Assembly: GCF_003334255.1 (NCBI RefSeq)
Contig: NZ_QOWU01000040.1
Source: Escherichia coli
Lineage (GTDB): Bacteria; Pseudomonadota; Gammaproteobacteria; Enterobacterales; Enterobacteriaceae
DNA length: 49,174 nt
Strand: one strand, 5' to 3'
In this document: positions 16,390 to 27,456 of the stretch, in pieces
Layout: every line of letters starts with the position of its first letter
How positions within the stretch are numbered: position 1 is the stretch's first letter
Translations under genes and position numbers: made by a program
Notes under the pieces: generated by a model
Databases searched by the model: none
What the model was told of the DNA's origin: nothing
What the model saw: only the letters and a program-made list of their open reading frames with translations

Positions 16390-17817
16390 CTAGCGCGACT
16401 GCTGATTATATTCATCATCGCGTTGATAAGCTTCATCATTCGGCTGCTCCGGAACCGACCGAAGTCGATACTCTTCATCCTGGCTCACCGCCTGTTCAGC
16501 CAAATCCGGATTAATCTCGCGTTTAATTTCTACTCCTAAACCGCGAAACGCTTCTGCCTGCGCCAGCACATTTCCGCGCCCTGAAGAGAGTTTTTTCATT
16601 GCCTGCCGATAATTATCCTGCGCTTTGTCGAGACTTTGACCAATCGCGGACATGTCATCGATGAACAAACGCATCTTGTCGTACAGCTTGCTGGCACGAT
16701 CGGCGATTTGCTGGGCGTTGCGGCTTTGATGCTCATAACGCCACAGGTTGGCGATAGTGCGCAGCGCCACCAGCAGCGTAGTCGGGCTAACCAGCATGAT
16801 GTTGTTTTTCAACGCTTCGGTGATCAGCTCCGGCTGGCGGTCAAGCGCCAGTAAAAAAGCGGGTTCAACGGGAATAAACATCAGCACGTAATCCAGAGTT
16901 CGCAGCCCCGGCAGCTGTTGATAATCTTTGCGTCCCAGCAAACGGATATGGTTACGCACCGACGCGATATGTTCCTGTAGCGCGCTTTCGCGGGTGTAGT
17001 CGTCTTCGGCGTTAAAATAGCGTTCATAGGCGACCAGCGTCATTTTGGCGTCGATCACCACATCTTTTCCCTGCGGCAGGCGCACGATGACATCCGGCTG
17101 CATCCGCGAGCGGGCGTCATTTTCGATGCTGACCTGGGTTTCATATTCATACCCTTCACGCAGACCGGAAGCCTCCAGCACCCGCGTCAATACTACCTCG
17201 CCCCAGTTGCCCTGGGTTTTATTGTCGCCTTTCAGCGCGCGCGTCAGGTTGATCGCTTCCTGGGCCATTTGCGCGTTGAGTTGCTGGAGATTGCGAATTT
17301 CGTGGGTCAGGGTATGGCGTTCTTGTGCTTCTTTACCGAAGCTGTCCTGAACCTGACGGCGGAAACCGTCCAGTTGTTCACGTAGCGGCGACAACAGGCT
17401 GTTCAGACTCTGACGGTTTTGCTCATCAACCCGGCGATTGCTGTGCTCAAAAATACGGTTGGCGAGGTTTTCAAACTGCTCACTGAGGCGCTGCTCGCTG
17501 TTAATCATCTGGCGAATTTTATCGTCAGCATGTTGCTGTGCGGCTTCCATCCGCGTGGTTACTTCACGCAGATCGGCCTCCAGAGAGGTGTTAATACTTT
17601 GCAGGCTGCGCACTTCGTTATTGAGTAACTCGCACTCTGCACGCCAGTGCTCGCTTTGGGTAATTTGTTGTTTTGCCGCGCTTAACTCCGCGACCATCTC
17701 TTCACGTTCAGCTAATTGCTCGGCTTTTTGCTGCGCATGTTGATAACTGGCAAACAGCCAGCCAATTGCCACACCCACCAACGCAATAACTGCGTAAACC
17801 ATGATTGAGAAATCCAC
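16390..17817 (-). CDS. rmuC: DNA recombination protein RmuC
   Basis: 475-aa ORF with an N-terminal transmembrane segment and a long coiled-coil region; recognised as RmuC/YigN. Confidence 0.9.
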   Translation of the reverse strand: MDFSIMVYAVIALVGVAIGWLFASYQHAQQKAEQLAEREEMVAELSAAKQQITQSEHWRAECELLNNEVRSLQSINTSLEADLREVTTRMEAAQQHADDKIRQMINSEQRLSEQFENLANRIFEHSNRRVDEQNRQSLNSLLSPLREQLDGFRRQVQDSFGKEAQERHTLTHEIRNLQQLNAQMAQEAINLTRALKGDNKTQGNWGEVVLTRVLEASGLREGYEYETQVSIENDARSRMQPDVIVRLPQGKDVVIDAKMTLVAYERYFNAEDDYTRESALQEHIASVRNHIRLLGRKDYQQLPGLRTLDYVLMFIPVEPAFLLALDRQPELITEALKNNIMLVSPTTLLVALRTIANLWRYEHQSRNAQQIADRASKLYDKMRLFIDDMSAIGQSLDKAQDNYRQAMKKLSSGRGNVLAQAEAFRGLGVEIKREINPDLAEQAVSQDEEYRLRSVPEQPNDEAYQRDDEYNQQSR

Positions 17818-17910
17818 AACGCCTCCTGACGCAACAACTTACCCGCACAAAATAGAATTGTGCTGTACAAACGTCCAGTTGGAAAGGCATTTCCTGCGAG
17901 GCGCTACGCA

Positions 17911-17939
17911 AAAATACAAAAGGCCGAACGCGTCGGCCT
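17911..17939 (-). terminator. Rho-independent terminator of udp
   Basis: GGCCGA-ACGCG-TCGGCC hairpin followed on the minus strand by TTTGTATTTT, about 20 bp downstream of the udp stop. Confidence 0.65.
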
Positions 17940-17957
17940 TCAGACAGGAGAAGAGAA

Positions 17958-18719
17958 TTACAGCAGACGACGCGCCGCTTCCACCACGATTTTCACCGCA
18001 TGGCTTTCGGTTTGTTTCATCGTCTCAGCATTCGGGATCTCTTGCTGGGTGCGGTTAACGATAACACCCGCTACCATACCGGCACGCAGGCCCTGACTTG
18101 CACACATGGTCAGCAGGGTTGCAGATTCCATTTCATAGTTCATTACGCCCATCGCCTGCCACTCTTCCATAGAACCTTTAAAGTGACGAACTACGCGACC
18201 AGAGTAAGTATCGTAACGTTCCTGACCTGGGTAGAAGGTATCAGAAGAAGCTGTCACGCCAACGTGAGTTGTCGCGCCAATGGATTTCGCAGCTTCAACC
18301 AGCGCAGTCGTACATTCGAAATCAGCGACAGCCGGGAATTCCAGCGGTGCGAAGTGCAGGCTCGCGCCATCCAGACGGACAGACGCCGTGGTAACCAGGA
18401 CATCACCCACATTAATATGCGGCTGAATAGCGCCCGTTGTACCGATACGCAGGAAGGTGCGAATGCCCAGCTGTGCCAGCTCTTCAACAGCAATAGAGGT
18501 AGACGGGCCGCCGATACCGGTAGAGCAGACGATAACAGGTTTACCATCCAGCTCTGCACGCCAGGTAGTGAATTCGCGGTGAGATGCCAGCTTAACCGGC
18601 TTATCCATCAGCGCGGCGATCTTTTCCACACGATCCGGGTCGCCAGGGACGATGGCAAGCGTAGCCCCTTGTAAATCGTTTTTAGTGAGGCCGAGATGAA
18701 AAACATCAGACTTGGACAT
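17958..18719 (-). CDS. udp: Uridine phosphorylase
   Basis: Track ORF 17958..18725 (MYMSKSD...). Start trimmed to the second ATG ([19 protein letters not shown]), 253 aa. Confidence 0.95.
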   Translation of the reverse strand: MSKSDVFHLGLTKNDLQGATLAIVPGDPDRVEKIAALMDKPVKLASHREFTTWRAELDGKPVIVCSTGIGGPSTSIAVEELAQLGIRTFLRIGTTGAIQPHINVGDVLVTTASVRLDGASLHFAPLEFPAVADFECTTALVEAAKSIGATTHVGVTASSDTFYPGQERYDTYSGRVVRHFKGSMEEWQAMGVMNYEMESATLLTMCASQGLRAGMVAGVIVNRTQQEIPNAETMKQTESHAVKIVVEAARRLL

Positions 18720-18792
18720 ATACAACTCCTCTGTGAATCGGTTTAGTCAGAAGAAGCAAAAAGACACTTTACCGAAGGGTTTAACATTTTTT

Positions 18793-18860
18793 CGTGATAC
18801 TCATCACCATGACGCAAATGCGTTGCATAAATTTACCCACCAAAAGTGATGCAAATCACA
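18793..18860. promoter_or_regulatory. Tandem CRP sites of the udp promoter (CytR/CRP-type module)
   Basis: cGTGAtactcaTCACc at 18793..18808 and aGTGAtgcaaaTCACA at 18845..18860, centres about 52 bp apart, upstream of udp on the minus strand. This is the classical spacing of CytR-regulated promoters. Confidence 0.55.
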
Positions 18861-18980
18861 TAAATCACCCTTCATTCTGCAGGACTGCATAAAAGATGAG
18901 CCGATTCAGGCAATGTGATTTGTTGCATGCTGACTATAGTTAACATTGCGCAACATTTTTATAAGGGTACGGAGAATACC

Positions 18981-19796
18981 ATGGCAACAACACAACAATC
19001 TGGATTTGCACCTGCTGCATCGCCTCTCGCTTCGACCATCGTTCAGACCCCGGACGACGCGATTGTGGCGGGCTTCACCTCTATCCCTTCACAAGGGGAT
19101 AACATGCCTGCTTACCATGCCAGACCAAAGCAAAGCGATGGCCCACTGCCAGTGGTCATTGTAGTGCAGGAAATTTTTGGCGTGCATGAACATATCCGCG
19201 ACATTTGTCGCCGTCTGGCGCTGGAGGGGTATCTGGCTATCGCACCTGAACTTTACTTCCGCGAAGGCGATCCGAATGATTTTGCCGATATCCCCACGTT
19301 GCTTAGCGGTCTGGTAGCAAAAGTGCCTGACTCGCAGGTGCTGGCCGATCTCGATCATGTCGCCAGTTGGGCTTCCCGCAACGGCGGCGATGTTCATCGT
19401 TTAATGATCACCGGATTCTGCTGGGGTGGACGTATCACCTGGCTGTATGCCGCGCATAATCCACAGCTAAAAGCCGCAGTGGCGTGGTACGGCAAACTGA
19501 CGGGCGACAAGTCGCTGAATTCACCGAAACAACCTGTTGATATCGCAACCGATCTTAACGCGCCGATTCTCGGCTTATATGGTGGTCAGGATAACAGCAT
19601 TCCGCAGGAGAGCGTTGAAACCATGCGCCAGGCGCTGCGGGCTGCTAATGCGAAAGCAGAGATTATCGTGTACCCGGACGCCGGGCATGCATTCAACGCT
19701 GATTATCGCCCGAGCTATCATGCCGCATCTGCAGAAGATGGCTGGCAGCGTATGCTGGAATGGTTTAAGCAGTATGGTGGGAAGAAGTCGCTGTAA
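18981..19796 (+). CDS. ysgA: Dienelactone hydrolase family protein (putative carboxymethylenebutenolidase)
   Basis: Track ORF 18915..19796. Start trimmed to the ATG at 18981 ([14 protein letters not shown]), preceded by GGAGAA, giving 271 aa. Confidence 0.85.
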   Translation: MATTQQSGFAPAASPLASTIVQTPDDAIVAGFTSIPSQGDNMPAYHARPKQSDGPLPVVIVVQEIFGVHEHIRDICRRLALEGYLAIAPELYFREGDPNDFADIPTLLSGLVAKVPDSQVLADLDHVASWASRNGGDVHRLMITGFCWGGRITWLYAAHNPQLKAAVAWYGKLTGDKSLNSPKQPVDIATDLNAPILGLYGGQDNSIPQESVETMRQALRAANAKAEIIVYPDAGHAFNADYRPSYHAASAEDGWQRMLEWFKQYGGKKSL

Positions 19797-19797
19797 T

Positions 19798-19838
19798 GAG
19801 AAAAGACCGGGTGGTATTACCACCCGGTTTGGATTTTA
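19798..19838. terminator. Bidirectional hairpin terminator between convergent ysgA and metE
   Basis: CCGGGTGG-TATTA-CCACCCGG 8-bp stem at 19807..19827, flanked by an A-tract on one side and a T-rich run on the other. Confidence 0.6.
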
Positions 19839-22097
19839 CCCCCGACGCAAGTTCTGCGCCGCCTGCACCATGTTCGCCAGTGCCGCGCGGGTTTCTGGCC
19901 AGCCGCGCGTTTTCAGGCCACAGTCCGGGTTGACCCACAGGCGCTCTGCCGGAATGCGTTTTGCCGCTTTCTTCAGCAAGGCTTCAATCCATTCCACGCT
20001 CGGTACGTTTGGCGAGTGAATGTCATAGACGCCAGGACCGATTTCATTTGGATAATCAAACTCTTCAAACGACTCCAGCAACTCCATGTCGGAACGCGAG
20101 GTTTCGATGGTGATGACGTCTGCGTCCAGCGCCGCAATCGAATCCATGATGTCGTTGAACTCGCAATAACACATGTGAGTGTGGATTTGTGTGTCATCTT
20201 TCGCCACGGCGGCGTTGATACGGAAGGCCTCTACGCCCCACTGGAGATACGCATCCCAGTCGCTACGACGCAGCGGTAAACCTTCGCGCAGCGCCGGTTC
20301 GTCAATCTGGATGATGCCAATTCCAGCGGCTTCCAGATCGGCCACTTCATCACGCAGCGCCAGCGCAATCTGTTTGGCGATGGTTTCACGGCTGACATCT
20401 TCACGCGGGAACGACCAGCAGAGTATGGTCACCGGCCCCGTCAGCATCCCTTTCACCGGTTTGTCGGTCAGCGATTGCGCATACTTCGCCCACTCCACGG
20501 TAATCGGTGCCGGGCGGCTAATGTCACCAATGACAATCGGTGGCTTCACGCAGCGGGAACCGTAGCTCTGTACCCAACCGTTTTGCGTAAAGACAAATCC
20601 GTCGAGGTGCTCGCCAAAGTATTCCACCATGTCATTACGCTCGGCCTCGCCATGTACCAGCACATCCAGTCCCAAACGTTCCTGCTCAACAATGGCCTGC
20701 TTGATATGTTCCGCAATGCCCGTGCGGTAGTTGTTGGCGTCGAGATTGCCCTTTTTGAAATCCAGACGCAGGGTACGAATTTCCGTGGTTTGCGGGAAGG
20801 AACCAATCGTGGTGGTCGGCCACGCTGGCAGTTTAAAACGCGCACGCTGGGCTTCAGCACGCACTTCATAGACATTCGCACGCTGGCTGTCCTGGGCGGT
20901 GATCGCCGCCAGACGCTTTTCTACCGCCGGATTATGTACGCGGGTAGAGTGACGACGTGCCTGAATCGGGGCGCTCCACTCTGCCAGAGCTGCCGTGTCA
21001 CCACTGTTCAGCGCATCGCGCAGCAGTGCCAGTTCATGGCATTTTTGTAGGGCGAAGGCAAACCAGCTTTTCACTTCTGCATCAAGACGCGTTTCCACGC
21101 TCAGGTCGATGGGGCTGTGCAGCAACGAGCAGGAAGATGCCACCCACAAATCACGTTTGCCGACAATGTCCTTAATTTGCGCATATTTCTCGGTAAGATC
21201 GGCGCGCCAGACGTTACGACCATTGATCAGACCCGCAGACAGCAACCAGTCAGAAGGCAGGCGCTTGTGCAGTTCAGCAACGTCATCTTTACCATGTACG
21301 AGGTCAACATGCAGACCCTGAACAGGCAGCGCAGTAATCGTGTCGAGATTTGGCGTTACGCCTTCAAAATAGGTGGTCAGCAGCAGTTTCACCTGTCCCT
21401 GGAGCGCGTCGTAAGCGGGTTTGTATGCGTCCAGCCACGCCTGTGGTAGTTCCAGTACCAGCGCGGGTTCATCAATCTGTACCCACTCGATGCCGCGTTT
21501 CGCCAGTTCTGCCAGCACTTGCTGATAAACCGGCAGAATGTCGTTCAGCAGGCTCAGGCGGTCAAATTGTTCACCTTTCACTTTCCCCAGCCACAGCCAG
21601 GTAACCGGCCCCAGCAGCACAGGTTTCACCTTGTGGCCCAGCGCCAGCGCCTCGTCCACTTCGTCCAGCAGCTGCGTCCAGGTCAGTTTGAACTGTTGGC
21701 CTTTAACGAACTCCGGCACCATGTAGTGATAGTTGGTGTTAAACCATTTGGTCATTTCCGCTGCCGCCGCAGGTTCGCCAGTCGGCGCACGTCCACGACC
21801 AATACGGAACAGGGTGTCGATATCTACCGAACCATCTTTGTTCTGATGACGCGCCGGAACGTTACCCAGCAGCAGACTGGTGGTCAGTACATGATCGTAC
21901 CAGGCAAAATCGCCCACCGGCAGCAGGTCGATACCCGCTTGCTTTTGTTGATCCCAGTGACGAGCACGCAATTCACGCCCTACCGCCAGCAGTTCTTCAC
22001 GCGTGGAGTTCCCCGCCCAATAACTTTCTTGCGCTTTTTTCAGCTCGCGACGCAGGCCAACGCGAGGGAAACCGAGGGTGTGATTCAATATTGTCAT
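19836..22097 (-). CDS. metE: Cobalamin-independent methionine synthase
   Basis: 753-aa ORF starting [29 protein letters not shown]. Confidence 0.95.
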
Positions 22098-22333
22098 TTT
22101 TTCTTCCTCTAATTATATGTAAATCCTATGGATTTTGAATTTAGGGAAGGCGGCAAGTTTATTCATCCCCGGGAGCTTACTGAAGTAAGTGACCGGGGTG
22201 GAGAAACGCAGCCAACGCACCATAAATTTAAAAGACGAAGGATTTTAGCCGTCCAGATGTTTACACATCCATAATTGGCGGTTACTGTATATTCCTCAAG
22301 CGCAAATTATTCATGCCGAAGTGAAGGACTTTC
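22098..22333. promoter_or_regulatory. Divergent metE/metR control region (expected to hold the metE and metR promoters and MetR/MetJ operators)
   Basis: 236-bp divergent intergenic region. It contains the palindrome CTTACTGAAGTAAG and degenerate 8-bp AGACGTCT-like repeats (AGCCGTCC, AGATGTTT). I did not resolve exact operator positions. Confidence 0.4.
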
Positions 22334-23287
22334 ATGATCGAAGTAAAACACCTGAAAACGCTACAAGCGTTGCGGAACTGCGGCTCGCTCGCAGCCGCTG
22401 CGGCGACGTTGCATCAGACGCAATCCGCCCTGTCTCACCAGTTTAGCGATCTGGAACAACGCCTTGGCTTCCGGCTATTTGTGCGTAAGAGCCAGCCGCT
22501 ACGCTTTACACCGCAGGGAGAAATCCTGTTGCAACTGGCAAACCAGGTACTGCCGCAAATTAGCCAGGCCCTGCAAGCCTGCAATGAACCGCAGCAGACG
22601 CGTCTGCGCATTGCCATTGAGTGCCATAGCTGTATTCAGTGGCTGACACCCGCGTTAGAAAATTTCCATAAGAACTGGCCGCAGGTAGAGATGGATTTTA
22701 AATCGGGCGTGACATTTGACCCGCAGCCCGCCTTGCAACAGGGAGAGCTGGATCTGGTAATGACGTCCGATATTCTGCCGCGCAGTGGCCTGCATTATTC
22801 GCCGATGTTCGACTATGAAGTGCGTCTGGTGTTAGCACCTGACCATCCACTGGCGGCGAAAACGCGAATTACACCGGAAGATCTCGCCAGCGAGACGCTA
22901 TTAATTTATCCGGTGCAGCGTAGTCGACTGGATGTCTGGCGGCATTTTCTTCAGCCGGCAGGCGTCAGCCCGTCACTGAAAAGCGTCGATAACACCTTAT
23001 TGTTGATTCAGATGGTTGCCGCGCGGATGGGTATTGCCGCGCTACCGCATTGGGTAGTAGAGAGTTTTGAGCGCCAGGGTCTGGTGGTGACCAAAACCCT
23101 GGGCGAAGGCTTGTGGAGCCGACTGTACGCCGCCGTGCGCGATGGCGAGCAGCGTCAGCCAGTTACGGAAGCGTTTATTCGCTCAGCGCGCAATCACGCC
23201 TGCGATCATCTGCCGTTTGTGAAGAGCGCGGAGCGACCCACTTACGATGCACCCACAGTGAGGCCAGGATCACCAGCGCGCCTGTAA
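22334..23287 (+). CDS. metR: LysR-family transcriptional activator of metE/metH
   Basis: 317-aa ORF starting [36 protein letters not shown] (LysR-type helix-turn-helix). Confidence 0.95.
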
Positions 23288-24074
23288 TAAACGTTGGCCA
23301 GTGCGGCTGTTGGTGCCAGATAGCCAGGTTTACCAGCAGCCCTGCCGGAACGTGCATATTATTCATAATGCCCAGCGTTCCGGCGTCCACCTGCGTCGCG
23401 CCGTAGTTCCACATAAAGTAGCCAATCCCGGAAGCCACCACGCCAAGAAACACCAGAATGCCCCATTGCAGCGTGGTTTGCGGCATTTTCTGCGCATTTC
23501 CCAGCAAGAACCATGCAATCACTGCCACCAGAAACGCGCCAAGATAGAACCACGCAAAGGCGTTATGCTGTGGCATCGGGCGAGTTTCCATCAGGCGTTT
23601 GTAACCCACCATGCCAATGGCAAAAGTGATATTGGAGAGTTGCACCAGCAGCAAGCCAGTCCAGAAATGGTCGGTGACCTGATCATAGCGAATAATCCCG
23701 GCACCAATCACCGCCAGCAAGGCGCTAAAGGCATAGCCCCAGCGCAGACGGCGCTTACTCATGATGTCATAAATCAGCGTGATGTAGAGCGGCGTCAGCA
23801 CGGTGAACAGCAACAGCTCGGAAACCGTCAGGTAGAGATAAGCGCGGAAACTCAGCATATACATCACGCCAAGCTGCATCGCGCCCACCAGCATATACAG
23901 GCCGACCGTTTTCAGGCTATTGCCACGGGTACGCAGAAACGGCAGAAAAACGAGTGCCGCCAGGCCAACGCGCACCAGCACCGCAAAATAGCTATCGACG
24001 TGCCCCGCAAGGTACTCGCCATAAAAGCTAAAGGAGAAGGCCCACAGAATCGTGGTGATGATAAGTAGCGCCAC
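23175..24074 (-). CDS. yigM: EamA/DMT-family inner membrane transporter YigM (recalled as the biotin transporter BioP)
   Basis: 299-aa polytopic membrane ORF starting [21 protein letters not shown]. Its 3' end overlaps the metR 3' end convergently. Confidence 0.85.
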
Positions 24075-24149
24075 AATGGAAAACTCTTTGATTAACGGGT
24101 ATCCATTGTAGCGAAGTATCAGGTTGACAACTGACCAAATAAAGAACGA

Positions 24150-24950
24150 TTACGATAAATAGAGTTTACGCAGATAATGCGGCACCGCGTCGTCGGCATT
24201 AGTACCAATCACTTCCAGCTCGGGATGAAGGTCTTTCAGACGCTGGTGCGCACTGCCCATAATGCAGCCTTTCCCCGCCATCGACAGCATTTCGGCGTCG
24301 TTCATCCCGTCACCAAACGCAATACAATCCTTCAGGCTGTAGCCCAGTTTCTTCGCCACCGCTTCCAGCGCATGGCCTTTTGAAACGCCGCCCGCCATCA
24401 CTTCCAGACAGGTTAAGGTAGAGAAACTGACGTTGACGCGATCGCCCCAACGAGCGTTAATCGCCTGCTCCAGCGGCAGCAGTTGTTCATGGGAATCGCA
24501 GGTGAAGAACACTTTGCTGACGCCTTCCGGCTCCAGTAATCCAGGCTCATACAGCGCATATTGGAACACCGCTTCTTTAAAAAAGCGCATCTCTTCCGGG
24601 CGATGGCGATTCATAAACCATTCGTCGTCGCGATAAACGTTAGTAATGATGTCCGGATTGTCGTTGACTACGCCAAACAGATCGCTGGCAATGTCGCGAT
24701 CCAGGTTATGAGCAAAAATCAGATTACCATCCAGATCGTGAACGCGCGCACCATTGGAGGTAATCATGTAAGACTTAATCTCCAGATTATCGCGAATTTG
24801 CCCCACATCAACGTGGTGACGACCGGTCGCAAACACAAAGTTGATGCCGCGCGCGGTGAGCAGCTTCAGAGTTTCTTTGGCGTAAGGGGATAACGTATGG
24901 TCGGGAGAAAGTAACGTGCCATCTAAATCAGACGCAACAACCTGGTACAT
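24150..24950 (-). CDS. yigL: HAD-family sugar/pyridoxal phosphate phosphatase (Cof subfamily)
   Basis: Track ORF 24150..25076. Start trimmed to the internal ATG (MYQVVASDLDGTLLSPDH; the HAD DxDGT motif), 266 aa, 7 bp downstream of the pldB stop. Confidence 0.85.
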   Translation of the reverse strand: MYQVVASDLDGTLLSPDHTLSPYAKETLKLLTARGINFVFATGRHHVDVGQIRDNLEIKSYMITSNGARVHDLDGNLIFAHNLDRDIASDLFGVVNDNPDIITNVYRDDEWFMNRHRPEEMRFFKEAVFQYALYEPGLLEPEGVSKVFFTCDSHEQLLPLEQAINARWGDRVNVSFSTLTCLEVMAGGVSKGHALEAVAKKLGYSLKDCIAFGDGMNDAEMLSMAGKGCIMGSAHQRLKDLHPELEVIGTNADDAVPHYLRKLYLS

Positions 24951-24957
24951 AAGAAAT

Positions 24958-25980
24958 TTAAACCTCTGTAGAGCGGTTTCCGCTGGGTGAGTTATGCCTG
25001 TTGAAAAAATCAACGATGGCGTGGAGCGCGACTGAGCGCATTGCGTCCTTTTCAAAAAGGATCTCATGGTAAGCACCTTTAATTACCAACGGCCGTCCTC
25101 CTTCGACAGGATGGCCCGCGGCGGTGCGGAGTTCACAAAAACGGTCATGCATGCGGTTATCCACCACGCGTTCCTCTTCAGCCTGCAAGAGAAGCGTTGG
25201 CGTGGCGTCATCACCCGCACCGGCTAACACCTGTTCGCCAGCCAGAATACTTTCGCGTACCCAATGGTAGGTCGGCCCACCGACGCGAATCGTTGGGTCA
25301 TCAGCATAGAAGCGTAAGTTACGTCGATATCGCTGTCTGCTGTGGGTCAGTACGTTGATAGCAAACGGCAACGCGCGCCAGCGCCCGGTGCCTATTGCAT
25401 AGCCATCACGGAAACGTGGATGCGCTTCGGCCCAGTTGAGGATCTGCCGTGCCATAAATGACGGCATACGAATCACGATCCCAAACATTGGCGCAGTTAG
25501 CGCAATGGCGTCACATACACCTGGATGGCGTTGCAGAAATAATGTGGAGATCGCACCGCCCATCGAATGTGCCAGTATATAGCGTTTACGCCACGGACCG
25601 GGCTGAACCTCCTGCTGCCAGAATGCCGCCAGATCATCAACATAATCATTAAAGCGATTAACATGCCCGAGATGCGGATCGGCTAACAGGCGACCGGAAC
25701 GTCCCTGCCCGCGATGGTCGATGATTAAGACATCAAACCCCAAATGGAACAGGTCATAGGCCAGTTCCGCATATTTTACGTAGCTCTCAATACGCCCCGG
25801 GCAGATGACTACCACCCGGTCATGGTGCTGTGCGCGAAAACGGACAAAGCGCACCGGAATGTCATCCACACCAGTAAACTCTGCTTCATCACGCTGACGC
25901 CAGAAATCAGTCAGCGGTCCCATGGTAAAAGCAGCAAACGCGTTTTCTCTTGTTTCCCAGTCTTTTTGCTGCTGAAACAT
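24958..25980 (-). CDS. pldB: Lysophospholipase L2
   Basis: 340-aa ORF starting MFQQQKDWETRENAFAAF; alpha/beta hydrolase with a GHSMGG motif. Confidence 0.95.
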   Translation of the reverse strand: MFQQQKDWETRENAFAAFTMGPLTDFWRQRDEAEFTGVDDIPVRFVRFRAQHHDRVVVICPGRIESYVKYAELAYDLFHLGFDVLIIDHRGQGRSGRLLADPHLGHVNRFNDYVDDLAAFWQQEVQPGPWRKRYILAHSMGGAISTLFLQRHPGVCDAIALTAPMFGIVIRMPSFMARQILNWAEAHPRFRDGYAIGTGRWRALPFAINVLTHSRQRYRRNLRFYADDPTIRVGGPTYHWVRESILAGEQVLAGAGDDATPTLLLQAEEERVVDNRMHDRFCELRTAAGHPVEGGRPLVIKGAYHEILFEKDAMRSVALHAIVDFFNRHNSPSGNRSTEV

Positions 25981-26090
25981 CGGGTAATCTGCCTCTTAAA
26001 CCACGTAAAATCGTTTTTTTTAGCGTGCCTGACACAACGCTGCGACAGTAGCGTATTGTGGCACAAAAATAGACACACCGGGAGTTCATC

Positions 26091-26711
26091 ATGACCTTAG
26101 AATGGTGGTTTGCCTACCTGCTGACATCGATCATTTTAAGCCTGTCGCCAGGCTCTGGTGCAATCAACACTATGACCACCTCGCTCAACCACGGTTATCG
26201 CGGCGCGGTGGCGTCTATTGCTGGGCTTCAGACCGGACTGGCGATTCATATTGTGCTGGTTGGCGTGGGGTTGGGGACGCTATTTTCCCGCTCAGTGATT
26301 GCGTTTGAAGTGTTGAAGTGGGCAGGCGCGGCTTACTTGATTTGGCTGGGAATCCAGCAGTGGCGCGCCGCTGGTGCAATTGACCTTAAATCGCTGGCCT
26401 CTACTCAATCGCGTCGACATTTGTTCCAGCGCGCAGTTTTTGTGAATCTCACCAATCCCAAAAGTATTGTGTTTCTGGCGGCGCTATTTCCGCAATTCAT
26501 CATGCCGCAACAGCCGCAACTGATGCAGTATATCGTGCTCGGCGTCACCACTATTGTGGTCGATATTATTGTGATGATCGGTTACGCCACCCTTGCTCAA
26601 CGGATTGCTCTATGGATTAAAGGACCAAAGCAGATGAAGGCGCTGAATAAGATTTTCGGCTCGTTGTTTATGCTGGTGGGAGCGCTGTTAGCATCGGCGA
26701 GGCATGCGTGA
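26091..26711 (+). CDS. rhtB: Homoserine/homoserine-lactone efflux protein (LysE/RhtB family)
   Basis: 206-aa membrane ORF starting [27 protein letters not shown]. Confidence 0.95.
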
Positions 26712-26719
26712 AAAATAAT

Positions 26720-26749
26720 GTCGGATGCGGCGTAAACGCCTTATCCGAC
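26720..26749. repeat. REP element between convergent rhtB and rhtC
   Basis: GTCGGATGCGGCGTAAACGCCTTATCCGAC, an imperfect palindromic REP consensus. Confidence 0.75.
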
Positions 26750-26772
26750 TTACTCTGAAGACGCGTCTGGCA

Positions 26773-27393
26773 TCACCGCGAAATAATCAAATGAATGCCA
26801 AATCCGGCAAATAACGCCCCGGCAAAACCATCAATCCACTTCGCCAGACGTTGATAACCACGGCGCATTTGCGGCAGGGCAAACAGGCTGGCAACGACGG
26901 TAAACCACGCCAGCGTTTCGACAATGATCAGCGCAAAAATGCCCCAGCGCGCGGTAGTGCCAACGTTATCACCGACAAACAATGAGAACACCGAGCCAAA
27001 GTAGATAATCGCTTTCGGATTAGCGAGATTGGTCAGTAAACCTTTCAGGAAACTGCGCCCACTTTTCGCCAGCTCGACCTGTGGCGCAGGTGCAGAAACC
27101 GCCTCTTTTTTCAGTGCACCACGTAGCATCTGGTAACCCATCCAGCAGAGATACAGGCCACCGCCCACCATAATCAGCGTATGCAGCCAGGCCATTTTTT
27201 CGATAATCAAATGCAGGCCAAGCAGCGCAATCCCAGCCCAAACCATTACGCCGCAGGTAATGCCCAGCACGCCCATCATCGCTTCTTTACGGGAACGACT
27301 GACAGCGGTCTGAGAGACAAAAAAGAAATCGGGACCGGGGCTCATAAGCGCCACAATGTGCACCATGGCGACGGTGAGAAATAACATCAACAT
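26773..27393 (-). CDS. rhtC: Threonine efflux protein (LysE/RhtB family)
   Basis: 206-aa membrane ORF starting MLMLFLTVAMVHIVALMSPGPDFFFV; paralog of rhtB. Confidence 0.95.
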   Translation of the reverse strand: MLMLFLTVAMVHIVALMSPGPDFFFVSQTAVSRSRKEAMMGVLGITCGVMVWAGIALLGLHLIIEKMAWLHTLIMVGGGLYLCWMGYQMLRGALKKEAVSAPAPQVELAKSGRSFLKGLLTNLANPKAIIYFGSVFSLFVGDNVGTTARWGIFALIIVETLAWFTVVASLFALPQMRRGYQRLAKWIDGFAGALFAGFGIHLIISR

Positions 27394-27456
27394 ACATTTG
27401 ACTCGCGGGGGAAACGTTTACGGAGTCTTCATACTGGCACTTTTTTATGCTGCTGA

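Noticed and set aside
22098-22333. Exact MetJ and MetR operator positions in the metE/metR region
   Set aside because: I could see met-box-like octamers and a palindrome but could not assign operator coordinates confidently without a matrix scan, so only a region-level feature is reported.
26091-27393. Convergent rhtB/rhtC paralog pair as a possible recent duplication or inverted-repeat structure
   Set aside because: The two proteins are clearly diverged (different N-terminal sequences) and are separated by a REP element; this looks like an ancient paralog arrangement, not a recent rearrangement.
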